Source: Candidatus Electronema halotolerans
GTDB taxonomy: Bacteria; Desulfobacterota; Desulfobulbia; Desulfobulbales; Desulfobulbaceae
Assembly: GCA_942493095.1 (NCBI GenBank)
Contig: OW818675.1
Coordinates: 720,001 to 752,000 of the forward strand
DNA: 32,000 bases
Direction: 5' to 3'
Below are positions 16,568 through 27,561 of this stretch, piece by piece (the stretch's first letter is position 1; each line of letters opens with the position of its first letter). A program made the position numbers and the translations under genes. Under the pieces are notes generated by a model. That model was not told the DNA's origin and did not search any database. It saw only the letters and a program-made list of their open reading frames with translations.

Positions 16568-17107
16568 ATGAAGCAGTTCGGCGGTTACGCCTACTTTATC
16601 GACAGAAGCGACATCAACACCGACGAGATCATCCCGGCCAAGTATCTGACCGAGATCACCAAACGCGCCCTCCAGCCGCATCTGCTGGAAGACCTCTTCC
16701 TTGACGGCAAGGAGTTTGACACCAAAGACCCGGCCTTCCAAGCAGCCGAGGTGCTGGTGACGCGCTCCAATTTTGGCTGCGGCTCATCCCGCGAGCACGC
16801 TGTCTGGGCCTTGGAAGTCAACGGCATCAACGTGGTCATTGGCGAGAGCTTTGCCCGCATCTTCCGGCAGAACATGTTCAACTGCGGCATCCTCGCGGTT
16901 GAGCTGGCCAAGACCGACATTGACCGGCTCTTCTCGCTGATTGGCAACAGCGGCGGCGTGAGAATCACGGTTGATCTGCAAGAGAATATCGTGACAGCGG
17001 AGAGCGGCCCCTGCGGCAGGCTCGAATGCGCTTTTGCCATGAACGCTTTTGACAAGGAACTGGTGGCCGCAGGTGGCTGGCTGGCCTACGCGGAGCAGAA
17101 GTACTGA
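16568..17107 (+). CDS. leuD: 3-isopropylmalate dehydratase small subunit
   Basis: GYAYFIDRSDINTDEIIPAKYLTEITK, VLVTRSNFGCGSSREHAVWALEVNGINVVIGESFARIFRQNMFNCGIL; immediately follows leuC. Confidence 0.95.
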   Translation: MKQFGGYAYFIDRSDINTDEIIPAKYLTEITKRALQPHLLEDLFLDGKEFDTKDPAFQAAEVLVTRSNFGCGSSREHAVWALEVNGINVVIGESFARIFRQNMFNCGILAVELAKTDIDRLFSLIGNSGGVRITVDLQENIVTAESGPCGRLECAFAMNAFDKELVAAGGWLAYAEQKY

Positions 17108-17320
17108 GCCACGCCGGGCCGAAATTTTTTCGCCCTTGCAATATGCATTGCAGAATCTGCAACGAGACATGCAGGTTATTCAATTCCCATCTGGCCGCCT
17201 TTCTGCTGGATCTGTTTTGCGCCCCGCGATTCCGGCTGGCAAAGGAATACGCGAAAAGCTGTTTTTTCCCTTGCCAAAGTTCTCCTGAACGGGTATATAA
17301 GCGGGCAGCAGTTGTTTCAT

Positions 17321-17398
17321 GGTGGGCGTAGCTCAGCTGGTGGCAGCACCGGGTTGTGGCCTCGGAGGTCGTGGGTTCAAGTCCCATCGCTCACCCCA
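17321..17398 (+). tRNA. tRNA-His (anticodon GTG)
   Basis: GGTGGGCGTAGCTCAGCTGGTGGCAGCACCGGGTTGTGGCCTCGGAGGTCGTGGGTTCAAGTCCCATCGCTCACCCCA. Cloverleaf stems pair, there is a G-1:C73 pair typical of tRNA-His, and CCA is encoded. Confidence 0.95.
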
Positions 17399-17410
17399 TT
17401 CTGCATTTCC

Positions 17411-17443
17411 AAGGCATTCCGGCATTCGGAATGCCTTTTTTTT
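17411..17443 (+). terminator. Rho-independent terminator downstream of tRNA-His
   Basis: AAGGCATTCCGGCATTCGGAATGCCTTTTTTTT: 8-9 bp stem followed by a T-run. Confidence 0.85.
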
Positions 17444-17575
17444 CGTCATGCAGACGCATTGCGGCTTGCGCTTCTTGAATTTCCGCCAGTTTTCCGTTAA
17501 TCTCCCCTTGCATTTCCTCCGCAGGGATGTCGTTCCCTGCACCTGCAAATCTTCAACGTTGAGCGGTGATATATT

Positions 17576-18544
17576 ATGAAAGCTGCGGTGGTATATGGCA
17601 TCAATGATATCCGCGTGGAAGAACGTCCTGAGCCGAGCGCCGGGCCGGGTGAGATCGTGGTCCGCACCAAGGCTGCCGGCATCTGCGCCCAAGATTTCCA
17701 AATTGTGCTGGAGCAGAAGCTGCCCGCAGTGCCGGGCCAGGACTTGGCCGGAGAGATCAGCGCGGTCGGGGCCGGAGTGCGCGGCTTTGCCCCAGGCGAG
17801 CCAGTGGCGGTTCATCCTGCCGGACTGCTGGGACAGACAGTTGATGGTGTTTATGCGGAATATGTCCGCATTCCTGAAGCAATTGTCAGCAGCGGCGGCG
17901 TGGTCAGGCTGAATGAGGAGATGTCTTTTGAGGATGCGGTGCTGGCCGAGCCGCTGGCCTGGACCTTTGCTGCGGCCCGCGCTGACAGGATGCGGGGAAG
18001 CCAGCAGGTCCTGATCATTGGCTGCGGCTCTGTCGGCCTGCTGCACCTGAAAACCGCCAAATGGGCAGGCTGCAAGGTCATGGCAATGGACAGCAATCCG
18101 ACCCGGCTGGCCTTGGCTGGTCAGATGGGCGCGGATCATCTGATCAGCCCGGCCAAACTCAGCGAGGAAGTGCTCCGCTGCACCAACGGCAAAGGGGCTG
18201 AGACGGTGATCATTTCCGTGCCCCTGCCGGAACTGATTGATGACTGCATCAAATTGACAGCCAAGGGCGGGGTCTGCAATACATGCAGTCGTGAGGAGCC
18301 GACAGAGCAGGCCAAGCAGGCGGCGGCAGCTCAGGGCGCAACTCTGACCGGCCTCTGCCCCTCGTCAGTGGGTGACTTCAAAAAATGCCTCCAGCTCATT
18401 CAGGAAGAGGCGATCATTGTTTCTGACATGATTTCCCACCGCTTCACCTTGGACACCCTGCCTGAAGCGGCGGAAAAAATAAACAATCAGGAGCTGCTCC
18501 GGGGCGTGATCACCTTCAGTGAAATCGTTGCCTTGGCGTTTTAA
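17576..18544 (+). CDS. MDR-family alcohol dehydrogenase-like protein
   Basis: MKAAVVYGINDIRVEERPEPSAGPGEIVVRTKAAGICAQDFQIVL...VPGQDLAGEISAVGAGVRGFAPGEPVAVHP...VLIIGCGSVGLLHLKTAKWAGCKVMAMDSNPTRLALAGQMGADHLI. Confidence 0.88.
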   Translation: MKAAVVYGINDIRVEERPEPSAGPGEIVVRTKAAGICAQDFQIVLEQKLPAVPGQDLAGEISAVGAGVRGFAPGEPVAVHPAGLLGQTVDGVYAEYVRIPEAIVSSGGVVRLNEEMSFEDAVLAEPLAWTFAAARADRMRGSQQVLIIGCGSVGLLHLKTAKWAGCKVMAMDSNPTRLALAGQMGADHLISPAKLSEEVLRCTNGKGAETVIISVPLPELIDDCIKLTAKGGVCNTCSREEPTEQAKQAAAAQGATLTGLCPSSVGDFKKCLQLIQEEAIIVSDMISHRFTLDTLPEAAEKINNQELLRGVITFSEIVALAF

Positions 18545-19170
18545 GCGGCCAGCCGGAGCAGCGCGTTGACTGCGGCCACAGCCACGGGCGTGCCGCCTTT
18601 TCGGCCCAAGGCAGTGATGAAGGGATAGGGCTTGCTGGCGAGGATGGCTTTTGACTCTGCCGCATTGACAAAGCCGACCGGCACCCCGATCACCAAGTCT
18701 GGGGCGAACAGGCCGCTGTCCATCAGCTCCATGATTTTGAGCAGAGCGGTGGGCGCATTGCCAACTGCGGCAATGCCGATGTTTTCCGTCGCAGCCAGCT
18801 CCACTGCCGCCTCGGAGCGGGTCATCTTTCCGGCTGCGGCCCGTGCCGCTGTTTCCGCATCCGCAACCCGGCAGAGGATCGTGCCGCCAAACTTGGCTAA
18901 TAGTTTGTTGGAAATGCCGCTGGCTGCCATGTTGACATCCACGAGAATATTTTTGCCAGCCCGGATGGCCCGCAGCCCGGCCTCAATTGCCTGGGGATGA
19001 AAGCGCAGATTCTCGGCAAAGGAGAAATCACCGGTGGCATGAATGCAGCGGCGCACCACGGCAAACTGCTCCGGGCTGAAGTTCGTCAGGCCAAGTTCAG
19101 CCTCAATGATGCGGAAACTCTCTGCCTCGATTTCCTGCGGCCCGATTTTTTGTAGTTCCGGCAAAGTCAT
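18541..19170 (-). CDS. cbiC: Precorrin-8X / cobalt-precorrin-8 methylmutase
   Basis: [11 protein letters not shown]...[20 protein letters not shown]...[19 protein letters not shown]...[18 protein letters not shown]...[18 protein letters not shown]...[22 protein letters not shown]. Confidence 0.93.
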   Translation of the reverse strand: MTLPELQKIGPQEIEAESFRIIEAELGLTNFSPEQFAVVRRCIHATGDFSFAENLRFHPQAIEAGLRAIRAGKNILVDVNMAASGISNKLLAKFGGTILCRVADAETAARAAAGKMTRSEAAVELAATENIGIAAVGNAPTALLKIMELMDSGLFAPDLVIGVPVGFVNAAESKAILASKPYPFITALGRKGGTPVAVAAVNALLRLAA

Positions 19171-22100
19171 GATGCTATTGTTCCGTATCGTTGCTCAAGA
19201 TGGGCCAGCAGGGCCGCTGCCTCCTGCTCCAGCAAACTGAGCAGGGAGCGGGCCGCTTCGGTTCTGTTCTCTTTAGCCGCGCATTCAATCTGATAGACCA
19301 CTTCCCGCAGCCGCTCCACTGAGGCATTGGCGCACATGCCTTTCACCTTATGCGCGCCTCGGCGGATTTCCTCCTGATCCCCGCCATTCAGGGCATCCTT
19401 GAGTTCCTTGAGGTCTTGCGCCAGAAAGGCGGGAAATTCGGTCATGAATTCATCCACGCCCTCTTCATCGCCAGCAAGACGCTCCACCAAATCAGCCCGG
19501 TCAAAAATAGGCAGACCGTCCAAGGAGACTGTCGCAGCACTGTCCGGCGGGGTTGCTTCTGTATCGCACATCTTGACTTCCATGTCTTCTTTTGTTGTTT
19601 TACCGACAAGCTGCTGCTGGAGCACGGCAAAGAGATGCTCCCGGTTGATCGGCTTGGACAGATAGGCGTTCATGCCGACGCTGAGGCATTTGTCGCGGTC
19701 TTCTTTGGTCGCCTCCGCAGTCATGGCTACGATCAGCACCTCGGAACCAAGCGTGCTGCGGATCTGGCGAGTCGCTTCAAAACCATCCATTTCCGGCATC
19801 TGAACATCCATGAAGACAAGATCATACTCTTTTTGCCGCAGCATCTCAAGAGCTTGGATGCCGTTTTCCGCAATATCCGCTTTCAGACCGAATTTTTTCA
19901 GAATAGACAGGGCCACATACTGATTGACCTTGTTGTCCTCCACCAGCAGGAGCCTCGGCGCAAAGGGCAGGGTCTGGGCTGCGGCAGCGGCCTGATGATG
20001 GTGCTTGGGCATGTCCTCAGCCGCCGCCTTGTCCAGCAGGGCTGTGCACCAGAAGGTGCTGCCTTTGCCCTCCTCGCTGACTGCGCCGACCTTGCCGCCC
20101 ATGCGTTCGGCCAGCCGTCGGCAGATGGCCAGTCCCAGTCCTGTGCCGCCGTATTTGCGCGAGGTCGAGGCATCTGCCTGAGAAAAAGCCTGAAAAAGTC
20201 GGCTCATCTGCTCCTCAGCAATGCCGATGCCGGTGTCTTGGACGCTGATTGTGAGCAGGAGCTGGGTTGCTGTTTCCTCCTCAGCAGTCAAGCGGACCGT
20301 GATGCCGCCCTTCTTGGTGAACTTGACAGCATTGTTGATAAAATTGAGCACGATCTGATGCAGGCGGGTCGGATCGCCCTTGAGATGGAGATGCAGGTCC
20401 GAGTCAATCCGGCTTTCCAGAAAAAGGCCCTTGTCCTGAGCATGAAGCCGCATCGGTTTCACCACCGAGTCAACCAAGTCCGCCAGATGGAACGCTTTCT
20501 GCTCCAGTTCCAGCTTGCCTGCCTCTATCTTGGAAAAATCAAGAATGTCGTTGATCAGGGAGAGCAGCAGCTCGGAAGAACTCATGGCGATTTCCGCATA
20601 GCCGCGCTGTTCTTCATTCAGCGGCGTGTCCAGAAGCAGGTGATTCATGTTGATGACTGCATTCATGGGGGTGCGGATTTCATGGCTCATGGTGGCGAGA
20701 AATTCTGATTTGGCCCGTGCCGCCGCTTCCGCCGCCTCTTTGGAACGGATCAACTCGACTTCTTTCTCCAGCAGAGCTTGTTCGATTCTTTTGCGCCGCT
20801 GCACTTCCCTGATCATTTTCCACAGCCAGCAGCTAAACAGCCAGAAAATAATGCCTGCCGCCCCCAGCACGGTCCAGAGCAGCCGATAGTCCATTACATG
20901 GGCGTAATGCACTGAAATCCAGCGATTGTAGATGGCCTCCCGTTCCGCCTGCGCAATTGCGGCCAGCCCCTTTTGCAGAATGCCGTGCAAAATTTGCTGA
21001 TCTTTGGGCACAGCCATGCGCAGACGATACGCATAAGGTGTTTCTCCGGCCACCCGAATCTGCGTCAGGCCGGTCTGACCAATGCAGTAGCTGGCAGGCA
21101 CCAAGCCGCCGACAAAGGCGAAAGCCTCACCTTTGGCCACTATTTTCAAAGCCTCTTCAACAGTTGCGGCAGGAAGCAAGGTGATCTGAGGATGATCGCG
21201 GCGCAGCCATTCATGCACCGCATACTCTTCAGCCACTGCAACTTTTTTGCCGTGCAGCGCCTTTAAATCGCCCAAGTAGGCCACATTGGCGGCGGAAAAA
21301 ATGGCCACCGGCAGCGACAAATAGGATTCTGTGAAAAGAAAATCCTGTCGCCGCTTAGGGGTTTCAGCTACAGCAGGCAGCAGCAGCACCTGTCCCTTCT
21401 TAGCCTTTTGCAAAGCCTGATGCCAAGATTGCGAGCGTATCGGGACAAAATGGACATGCAGCAGTTGCTCAAGATACCGCAGATAGTCAGCGGAAATGCC
21501 CTGCGCATGGCCTTGCGCGTCGGCAAATTCAATGGGCGGCCAAGCCGGATCAAAAGTAAAGGGAATGTGCCGATGCGCGGCTAACCACTGCTGTTCTGCC
21601 AAGGTGAACAGAAGCTGCGGCTTGTCTGAACTGCCCAGCCACGTTTTCCATAACTGTTCTTTTTCCGCTTCGCTCAGGGAAAGATAGGCTTTGTCGAGAA
21701 TGGACTGGAGCAAGGACAGATCATTGCGGACAACATAAGAATGACCGTGGAACTGTTCCATGCCGCTGAACTGGGCATAGCCTTTGACTTCCAAATTGTT
21801 CAGATAGTAATTGTGCAGCAGGTACTGGCCGCTGTGCAGCTCCTGAATTGCCGCATCCGCCTGCCCCCGGACAACAAGCTGGAGCATCTCAACCGCGCTG
21901 TCTGCCATGACAAAACGGGCATTCTTTATCTGCGCCGCCATGACGCTGTGCATGGCGTAGCCATGATATGAGGCGATGCGTTTACCCTCCAGTGAGGCCA
22001 GATCGCGGATGCGGCTGTCATCGACGCGGGCGAAAATCGCCATATTCAGCGGCATGGTCTCTGTGGAAAAGGTGAAAGTTCGCGCCCGATCCTCAGTGCT

Positions 22101-23174
22101 GATCATGGCCATCGCCGCATCAATAGCACCGTTTTCAGCCTGTTCCAGCACGTCTGCGAGCTGATCAAACCAAACAAACTCCGGGGTCAGTCCGGCCTGC
22201 GCGCCGAGCTTGCGGACCAGCTCCGGCATATAGCCGGTGATGCGGCCATTTTTTTCTTGAATGATGTAGGGCGGCAGAGAAAATGCGCCAACCCGGAAAA
22301 CCGGATGCTGGCGAATCCAGTCCTGCTCTTCTAGAGTTAGATTGAGGCGGCTTGTCTGCACTGCGGGCTGCCTGCCAAGCCAGCGGTTGAGTATCTGCTG
22401 TTTTTCTTTGGTGCTGATGGCTGCCAAACCTTTATTGAGAATCGAAAGCATATCTGGCCAATCCTTGCGGATGGAAAGCACAACCGGTCGCCGACTCTCC
22501 GGGAGCATGGCCGCCACACTGAAACCCGTCTGGACATTCTGCTTGCGCCAATATTCCAAGGTAATGTTGGCAACAACAACATCAATCTCTCTGTTCAGCA
22601 GGGCTGCTGCCAGCGTCTCGTTATCCTTCAAGGGCACAGGCTGCACTCCCTTGATTTTGTTCAGCAGCTCTTCCTCTACAGCAACATTTTGCGTGTAGCC
22701 GACCCGAAGTCCGGCCAGATCATGCAGTGTTTTGAAACGATTCAGATCGTCTGAACGGGCGTAAATGTTGTGGTAATGATAAAAAAGCGGAGAGGTGAAG
22801 TTGAAAAACTGTTTTCTTGATGCAAGAGGAAAACTTGGTCCCAAGCCGTCAATCTGCCGCTCTTTTGCCTGCCGGATAATCTCTGTCCACGAAGCGACAG
22901 CTATCTGAATCTTGATACCTAATTTTTGCTGAAGCAGCTGGATGTAATCAGGCAGAATTCCGGTCAACTCGCCATTATTCTGAGAGACCAGCACTGGCGG
23001 CAGGTCCAAGGTGTACCCAAGTGTGATTTGCGGATGCTGGTCCAGCCAGTTCTGTTCCTGCGCTGTAAGCGTAATTGAAGACTTGTCCGACGCAGGAGCA
23101 GCGGCGGAAAACACAGCAAGGCTCACCGTCATAATCAAAATCTGAGATAGAAAGACGGTGAACTTGCTGATCAT
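19167..23174 (-). CDS. Hybrid sensor histidine kinase: three tandem periplasmic SBP_bac_3-like domains, TM, HisKA/HATPase, receiver, HPt
   Basis: Start taken at Met 23174 after the ATGA overlap with cbiA. SBP-like segments: [72 protein letters not shown]-box [19 protein letters not shown] boxes and STFWCTALL. Receiver [17 protein letters not shown]...[22 protein letters not shown]. HPt [13 protein letters not shown]. Confidence 0.93.
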   Translation of the reverse strand: MISKFTVFLSQILIMTVSLAVFSAAAPASDKSSITLTAQEQNWLDQHPQITLGYTLDLPPVLVSQNNGELTGILPDYIQLLQQKLGIKIQIAVASWTEIIRQAKERQIDGLGPSFPLASRKQFFNFTSPLFYHYHNIYARSDDLNRFKTLHDLAGLRVGYTQNVAVEEELLNKIKGVQPVPLKDNETLAAALLNREIDVVVANITLEYWRKQNVQTGFSVAAMLPESRRPVVLSIRKDWPDMLSILNKGLAAISTKEKQQILNRWLGRQPAVQTSRLNLTLEEQDWIRQHPVFRVGAFSLPPYIIQEKNGRITGYMPELVRKLGAQAGLTPEFVWFDQLADVLEQAENGAIDAAMAMISTEDRARTFTFSTETMPLNMAIFARVDDSRIRDLASLEGKRIASYHGYAMHSVMAAQIKNARFVMADSAVEMLQLVVRGQADAAIQELHSGQYLLHNYYLNNLEVKGYAQFSGMEQFHGHSYVVRNDLSLLQSILDKAYLSLSEAEKEQLWKTWLGSSDKPQLLFTLAEQQWLAAHRHIPFTFDPAWPPIEFADAQGHAQGISADYLRYLEQLLHVHFVPIRSQSWHQALQKAKKGQVLLLPAVAETPKRRQDFLFTESYLSLPVAIFSAANVAYLGDLKALHGKKVAVAEEYAVHEWLRRDHPQITLLPAATVEEALKIVAKGEAFAFVGGLVPASYCIGQTGLTQIRVAGETPYAYRLRMAVPKDQQILHGILQKGLAAIAQAEREAIYNRWISVHYAHVMDYRLLWTVLGAAGIIFWLFSCWLWKMIREVQRRKRIEQALLEKEVELIRSKEAAEAAARAKSEFLATMSHEIRTPMNAVINMNHLLLDTPLNEEQRGYAEIAMSSSELLLSLINDILDFSKIEAGKLELEQKAFHLADLVDSVVKPMRLHAQDKGLFLESRIDSDLHLHLKGDPTRLHQIVLNFINNAVKFTKKGGITVRLTAEEETATQLLLTISVQDTGIGIAEEQMSRLFQAFSQADASTSRKYGGTGLGLAICRRLAERMGGKVGAVSEEGKGSTFWCTALLDKAAAEDMPKHHHQAAAAAQTLPFAPRLLLVEDNKVNQYVALSILKKFGLKADIAENGIQALEMLRQKEYDLVFMDVQMPEMDGFEATRQIRSTLGSEVLIVAMTAEATKEDRDKCLSVGMNAYLSKPINREHLFAVLQQQLVGKTTKEDMEVKMCDTEATPPDSAATVSLDGLPIFDRADLVERLAGDEEGVDEFMTEFPAFLAQDLKELKDALNGGDQEEIRRGAHKVKGMCANASVERLREVVYQIECAAKENRTEAARSLLSLLEQEAAALLAHLEQRYGTIAS

Positions 23175-24526
23175 AAACGTTTTCCAGCCTCCTCCATTGC
23201 GTGAACAAAATACCGAACCGCCTCCGGGTTGCGGCCCCAATGAAGATGCACGTACCCTGCCAAGGTCTTATCTATCAGATAGCACTCGCTGCGGCCATCG
23301 TCAAGCAAGGCAGCGCGCTGGACGCTTTCCGGCATCGGTTCAATTTCAGAATAATGAAATTCGTGGCCGTGCAGAACGCTGCCTGCCGGGCCGAGCAAGG
23401 TTTCTGTCTGCATTCTTATTTGTCGATAACCAAGCCGCCGCAGCCGCCTGTTCATCTGCGCCGTTACTGGATACACGCCGACCATTGGCTGCGATTGGCC
23501 GTCATTATCTGTAATTCCTGCGCAGAGATACATGAAGCCGCCGCATTCGCCATAGACTGGCCTGCCGGAGCGGGAAAAAGCCAGCACCTGCGTCCGCATC
23601 TCCCTGTTGGCGGCAAGCTGGGCCGCGTGCAGCTCTGGGTATCCGCCGCCGAAATAGAGGCCGTCCAAATGTTCAGGCAGAGTCTTGTCATGCAGCGGAC
23701 TGAACAAGATCAATTTAGCTCCTGCTTCTTTCAGCATATCCAAATTATCCTGATAATAGAAGCAGAATGCCTCATCCCAAGCCACGCCAAGACGCACCTT
23801 GCCGACCGGCTCCAGCGGCGCAATGGGCGATGCAGCGAAAATTGCAGCATTGTCAGCAAAATGCAGGAGACGCGCAAGGTCAAGATGCTGCTCAATCAGG
23901 TTGACAAGCTGCTGCCGGTTGAGTTCCACCTCGCTGCCAAGATGCAGGCCAAGATGACGCGAGGGCAGACTGATGCCGTTGTCTCGCGGCAGAGCACCAA
24001 TGATCTCAGCTTGGCAATGCTGCTGCACCGCCTCGCTGACCATCTGCAAATGCCGTTCGCTGCCGACTTGATTGAAGATCACGCCCGCTACTTTGATGCG
24101 GGAATCAAGGCTTTCAAAGCCCTTGAGCACTGCTGCCGCGCTCTCCGCCATTGAGCGCACGTCCAGCACCAGCAGCACCGGCAGGCCGAGCAGGGCGGCC
24201 AGCTCTGCCGCCGAGCCGCTTCCGCCGTCAAAAAGGCCCATCACTCCTTCCACCACTGCGACAGATTGGCTGTCCGCTTGGGCATGGCGGCTGAAGCACT
24301 GGCGCACGTAGTCCGGGCCGCACATACGGATGTCAAGGTTGCGCGAAACTCGGCCCGTGACGGCCAGATGCAGGGTGGGATCAATGAAATCCGGGCCGCA
24401 TTTGAAGGGCTGCACCGTGAAGCCGCGCTGGCGCAGGGCCGCCATGATGCCGAGCGTGACCGTGGTCTTGCCGCAGCCGGAGTGCGTTCCGGCGATGAGG
24501 AGGGAGGAAAACCGTTCAAGATTCAT
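23171..24526 (-). CDS. cbiA: Cobyrinate a,c-diamide synthase
   Basis: [47 protein letters not shown]...[10 protein letters not shown]...[18 protein letters not shown]...[13 protein letters not shown]...FHYSEIE...[10 protein letters not shown]. Confidence 0.96.
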   Translation of the reverse strand: MNLERFSSLLIAGTHSGCGKTTVTLGIMAALRQRGFTVQPFKCGPDFIDPTLHLAVTGRVSRNLDIRMCGPDYVRQCFSRHAQADSQSVAVVEGVMGLFDGGSGSAAELAALLGLPVLLVLDVRSMAESAAAVLKGFESLDSRIKVAGVIFNQVGSERHLQMVSEAVQQHCQAEIIGALPRDNGISLPSRHLGLHLGSEVELNRQQLVNLIEQHLDLARLLHFADNAAIFAASPIAPLEPVGKVRLGVAWDEAFCFYYQDNLDMLKEAGAKLILFSPLHDKTLPEHLDGLYFGGGYPELHAAQLAANREMRTQVLAFSRSGRPVYGECGGFMYLCAGITDNDGQSQPMVGVYPVTAQMNRRLRRLGYRQIRMQTETLLGPAGSVLHGHEFHYSEIEPMPESVQRAALLDDGRSECYLIDKTLAGYVHLHWGRNPEAVRYFVHAMEEAGKRL

Positions 24527-25539
24527 TTGGTTATAATGTATTTATATTCAGCGCAATTAGATATATCAATATCTTTTCCTGCTTTAGATAACTCCTGTGT
24601 TTCGATTGCAGCTTTATTGCTAATCCAACCAGTTGTGCTTATTTCTTCTAATAGTTTTTCCATATATTCATAATCAAACCGTTCTTTAACTAAGCGTATC
24701 AACTCTGATCCAACTTCTGTAAAAGGTATTATCGGTATATTTAACGGTCTATATTTTTCATGTCTTTTGCATATAATAATTTTTCCTCCGTAGATCAAAT
24801 ACATCATCTTTGACGTTTTTCCAATATTTAATAAGATATTATCTGATACTGACAGCAGTCCAGTGTTGCGCAAAACAAGCAAATCAACTGTATTGGTTTT
24901 AGATAGTATTTCATGATCATTAAGTATGAAAGCCATGTTGTCCAAAGTAAGCACAGCATACATGGCAACTTTTTGAAATACTTCAGCCTCTTTCTGTGAG
25001 ATATTCCTCAGTGCTTCCATCGTGCGAAGCGAAAAACTCTTAGGTCGTTTCACCTCCCCAGCCAATATCCGCCCCCAAAGCTGCTGCATCTGTTCATTGC
25101 TGACATCCTCAACGATATTGAAAAAACGGGCAATCCAGTCTTCATCCACTGGTTCAGCAGAAACAGTTTCTTCTTGAAAAATCTCATTCATCGCATAATG
25201 CACAGCCTTTTCAATATTGTGCTGCCGCCGCAACTCTCTGTGTGTCAGTCTGCTGACAGCTCTTTCATGCAGCGCAATCAGTTCTTGAGCCGCTTCCGGC
25301 GGAATGCCTTGCCGCTGCTCGCACAGCAGCTTCACCTTTTCACCGTCATATTCCAGCACGTTAAACGCATTGCTGTGATTTTCCAACGCCGGTGCCACAC
25401 GCTCAATTTCATACGCCTTGGCATCCGCAATTCTCTTGATCTGCCACGGTTTGAACAATTGACCAACGCCTTTTTCAACCACCTCAATCAGCTTTGTCAT
25501 CGGCTCGCTCAGTCCGGCTAAGTCTTTAATCTCTGTCAT
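24523..25539 (-). CDS. DUF2806 domain-containing protein
   Basis: Family-like sequence IKDLAGLSEPMTKLIEVVEKGVGQLFKPWQIKRIADAKAYEIE...VDEDWIARFFNIVEDVSNEQMQQLWGRILAGEVKRPKSFSLRTMEALRNISQKEAEVFQKVA. Start chosen at 25539 because the upstream in-frame extension to 25878 does not look like part of the family. Its stop overlaps the cbiA start (ATGA). Confidence 0.75.
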   Translation of the reverse strand: MTEIKDLAGLSEPMTKLIEVVEKGVGQLFKPWQIKRIADAKAYEIERVAPALENHSNAFNVLEYDGEKVKLLCEQRQGIPPEAAQELIALHERAVSRLTHRELRRQHNIEKAVHYAMNEIFQEETVSAEPVDEDWIARFFNIVEDVSNEQMQQLWGRILAGEVKRPKSFSLRTMEALRNISQKEAEVFQKVAMYAVLTLDNMAFILNDHEILSKTNTVDLLVLRNTGLLSVSDNILLNIGKTSKMMYLIYGGKIIICKRHEKYRPLNIPIIPFTEVGSELIRLVKERFDYEYMEKLLEEISTTGWISNKAAIETQELSKAGKDIDISNCAEYKYIITK

Positions 25540-26058
25540 TTTTCCATTAATCAGTAATAAGTTGCAAGCGCAATAGAGGCGCAGACAATTCTGCACCACC
25601 TCACCAACGCAGAACGTAACCAGATTCACGCTCCAAAGCAAGCAGGATAACGCACTGCGGCTGCCCCGCCTTTCTTTCGGCCCTGCTTCGGCGTGGTGGC
25701 CCGCGATGCGACCGCTGCCCGACCAAGGCCCTGCGCCGCGTTGATGCGGACGAGATGCTGTGGGAAGTTGTCTGACCTCCATCAAATTATCCATCAACAC
25801 CTTGCCATCCATCAGTTTTTCCGAAACAAGCCTGCTGGATGGCAGCAGCCCGGACTGCTGCTCCGCGTCTGTTTTCAATGCGACCTGTTTTTTTATTTGA
25901 CGGAATTATCACCTTGCAGTACGTTTTCAGACTCTGAAATTCAGAGGTTATGGCAGATGAAAATGAGGGCGGGCGGCACACGGAAGAACGTTCAGCACGC
26001 AGTCCTGCCAAGACAACCAAGGGGAGTTTGCAAGGTGGAAGAGTGTACCGGCAGGAAT

Positions 26059-26841
26059 ATGGAACAGGACGGCATCACACGACGGAAGATGCTTGTCGGC
26101 ACTGGTGCCTTGGCTGCGGGCGCGGCCTTGACGCATGTCAGCGGCCTGATCAGCCCGGCAGCGGCCAGCGGCGGCCAGTTGGAGAAATGGCCTTGGCCAT
26201 ACAAAATACTTGATCCCAAGGATACAGCGGAACTTGCCTACAATGAATGGTACAGAATTTTCTGCGGGGCAGCAGTCATCAGCAGCGTTTTCGGCCAGCT
26301 CCGCGAACTGATCGGCGAACCCTACACCTTGTTCCCGATTGATGCCTTTGTCTATCTTGAGGGCGGTCAAGCTGGCTGGGGCACGATCTGCGGCGCGGCT
26401 GCCGGAGCAAACGTAGTGGCCAACATGATCATCGGGCCAAGAATTGACGGCAGCACCATCGGCCATCAGATAGCCACGGATATCATGCAATGGTATTCAC
26501 AGACCCAACTGCCGGTTTATAAGCCGCAAGAGCCGAAAATCAACGCCGAGCCGGTGAAAACGATGAGCAATTCGCCGCTCTGCCATATTTCTGTGGGCAA
26601 ATGGATGAAGGCGGCCAATAAGCCGTTAGTCAGCCCGGAACGAAAAGACCGCTGCGCCAGAGTCACCGCCAGCACAGCCTACCGTCTGGTTGAGCTGCTC
26701 AACAAATGGAAGCAGGGCGGCTACGAGTCAAACACGGATTTCAACTGCGGTGCCAATTACGGCATCACCGGCCAGTTCAACTGCACCGACTGCCACGGCA
26801 GCAATGTGCCGCAGGCTCCTCAAGCTCCGCACAACACCTGA
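26059..26841 (+). CDS. Tat-exported split-Soret cytochrome c-like protein with one CXXCH motif
   Basis: Twin-Arg leader MEQDGITRRKMLVGTGALAAGAALTHVSG, ending AAASGG. KWPWPYKILDPKDTAELAYNEWYR, GGQAGWGTICGAAAGANVVANMIIG, SNSPLCHISVGKWM, ERKDRCARVTASTAYRLVELLN, and heme motif CTDCH. Confidence 0.7.
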   Translation: MEQDGITRRKMLVGTGALAAGAALTHVSGLISPAAASGGQLEKWPWPYKILDPKDTAELAYNEWYRIFCGAAVISSVFGQLRELIGEPYTLFPIDAFVYLEGGQAGWGTICGAAAGANVVANMIIGPRIDGSTIGHQIATDIMQWYSQTQLPVYKPQEPKINAEPVKTMSNSPLCHISVGKWMKAANKPLVSPERKDRCARVTASTAYRLVELLNKWKQGGYESNTDFNCGANYGITGQFNCTDCHGSNVPQAPQAPHNT

Positions 26842-26957
26842 GCTGTGATTTATTTTGCTGCCAGCGGGGCGCAGCCGCTCCGCTGGAAAGTCTCTCCTGC
26901 CGCATATTTTCTCTTGACACCTGCCTCCATTTTTTGATAATATCCACCTATCCTTTT

Positions 26958-27035
<78 letters not shown>

Positions 27036-27561
27036 TTTCCTGCCAGCAGTTTTCTCTTTTTTTCAACAATATCTGAGTGGTTGTTCAGGCTGCGGTTGCT
27101 GATGGACAGTGCGGGTGATCTGAGATAAATCACGACAGGGACTGAGCAGTTCCTCGCCAAGGTCGTCTTTTCCTCGCAGACCGCAGCAGCCCATTTGCCG
27201 CAGGCGGGCGAGTTCAGGATCAGCGCGTTCCGCGAAGACCGTCGGCTTGGCGGATCAGATGAGCGAGGCAGGGCCTGCCGCTTTCCAACCCATTTCTGAT
27301 AAACGTTGCACCTGTTATCAGATGCACCTTTAAATTGTGAACAGCATGCGAACCTTTTCGATATGATCTCATCAAAAATCATACACTAAAAGTCTTGGAC
27401 TGAAGTTCATAGTTTTTACTATCGATTGGGACAATAAAAAATAACCAAAGATATAAACATCTACAGAGTTCCTGCCGAACTGGCAGGCATTTTGCAGTGA
27501 TCAGGCTTGAAATTAAAAACAAAAGATCAATGCAGGCCGGGCGCAGGCATTGACAAGCTGC

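Noticed and set aside
16965-17387. Minus-strand ORF beginning MGLEPTTSEATTRCCHQLSYAHHE and neighbouring ORF with GERWDLNPRPPRPQPGAATS
   Set aside because: These are well-known spurious translations of the antisense strand across tRNA genes; here they cover tRNA-His.
19350-20708. 452-aa plus-strand ORF
   Set aside because: Antisense to the kinase/receiver/HPt coding region; no recognisable domain.
23201-24154. 317-aa plus-strand ORF
   Set aside because: Antisense shadow of cbiA.
25540-26058. Cobalamin riboswitch upstream of the DUF2806-cbiA chain
   Set aside because: I looked for B12-box-like sequence in the divergent intergenic region and saw nothing convincing by eye. A covariance-model search would be needed to settle it.
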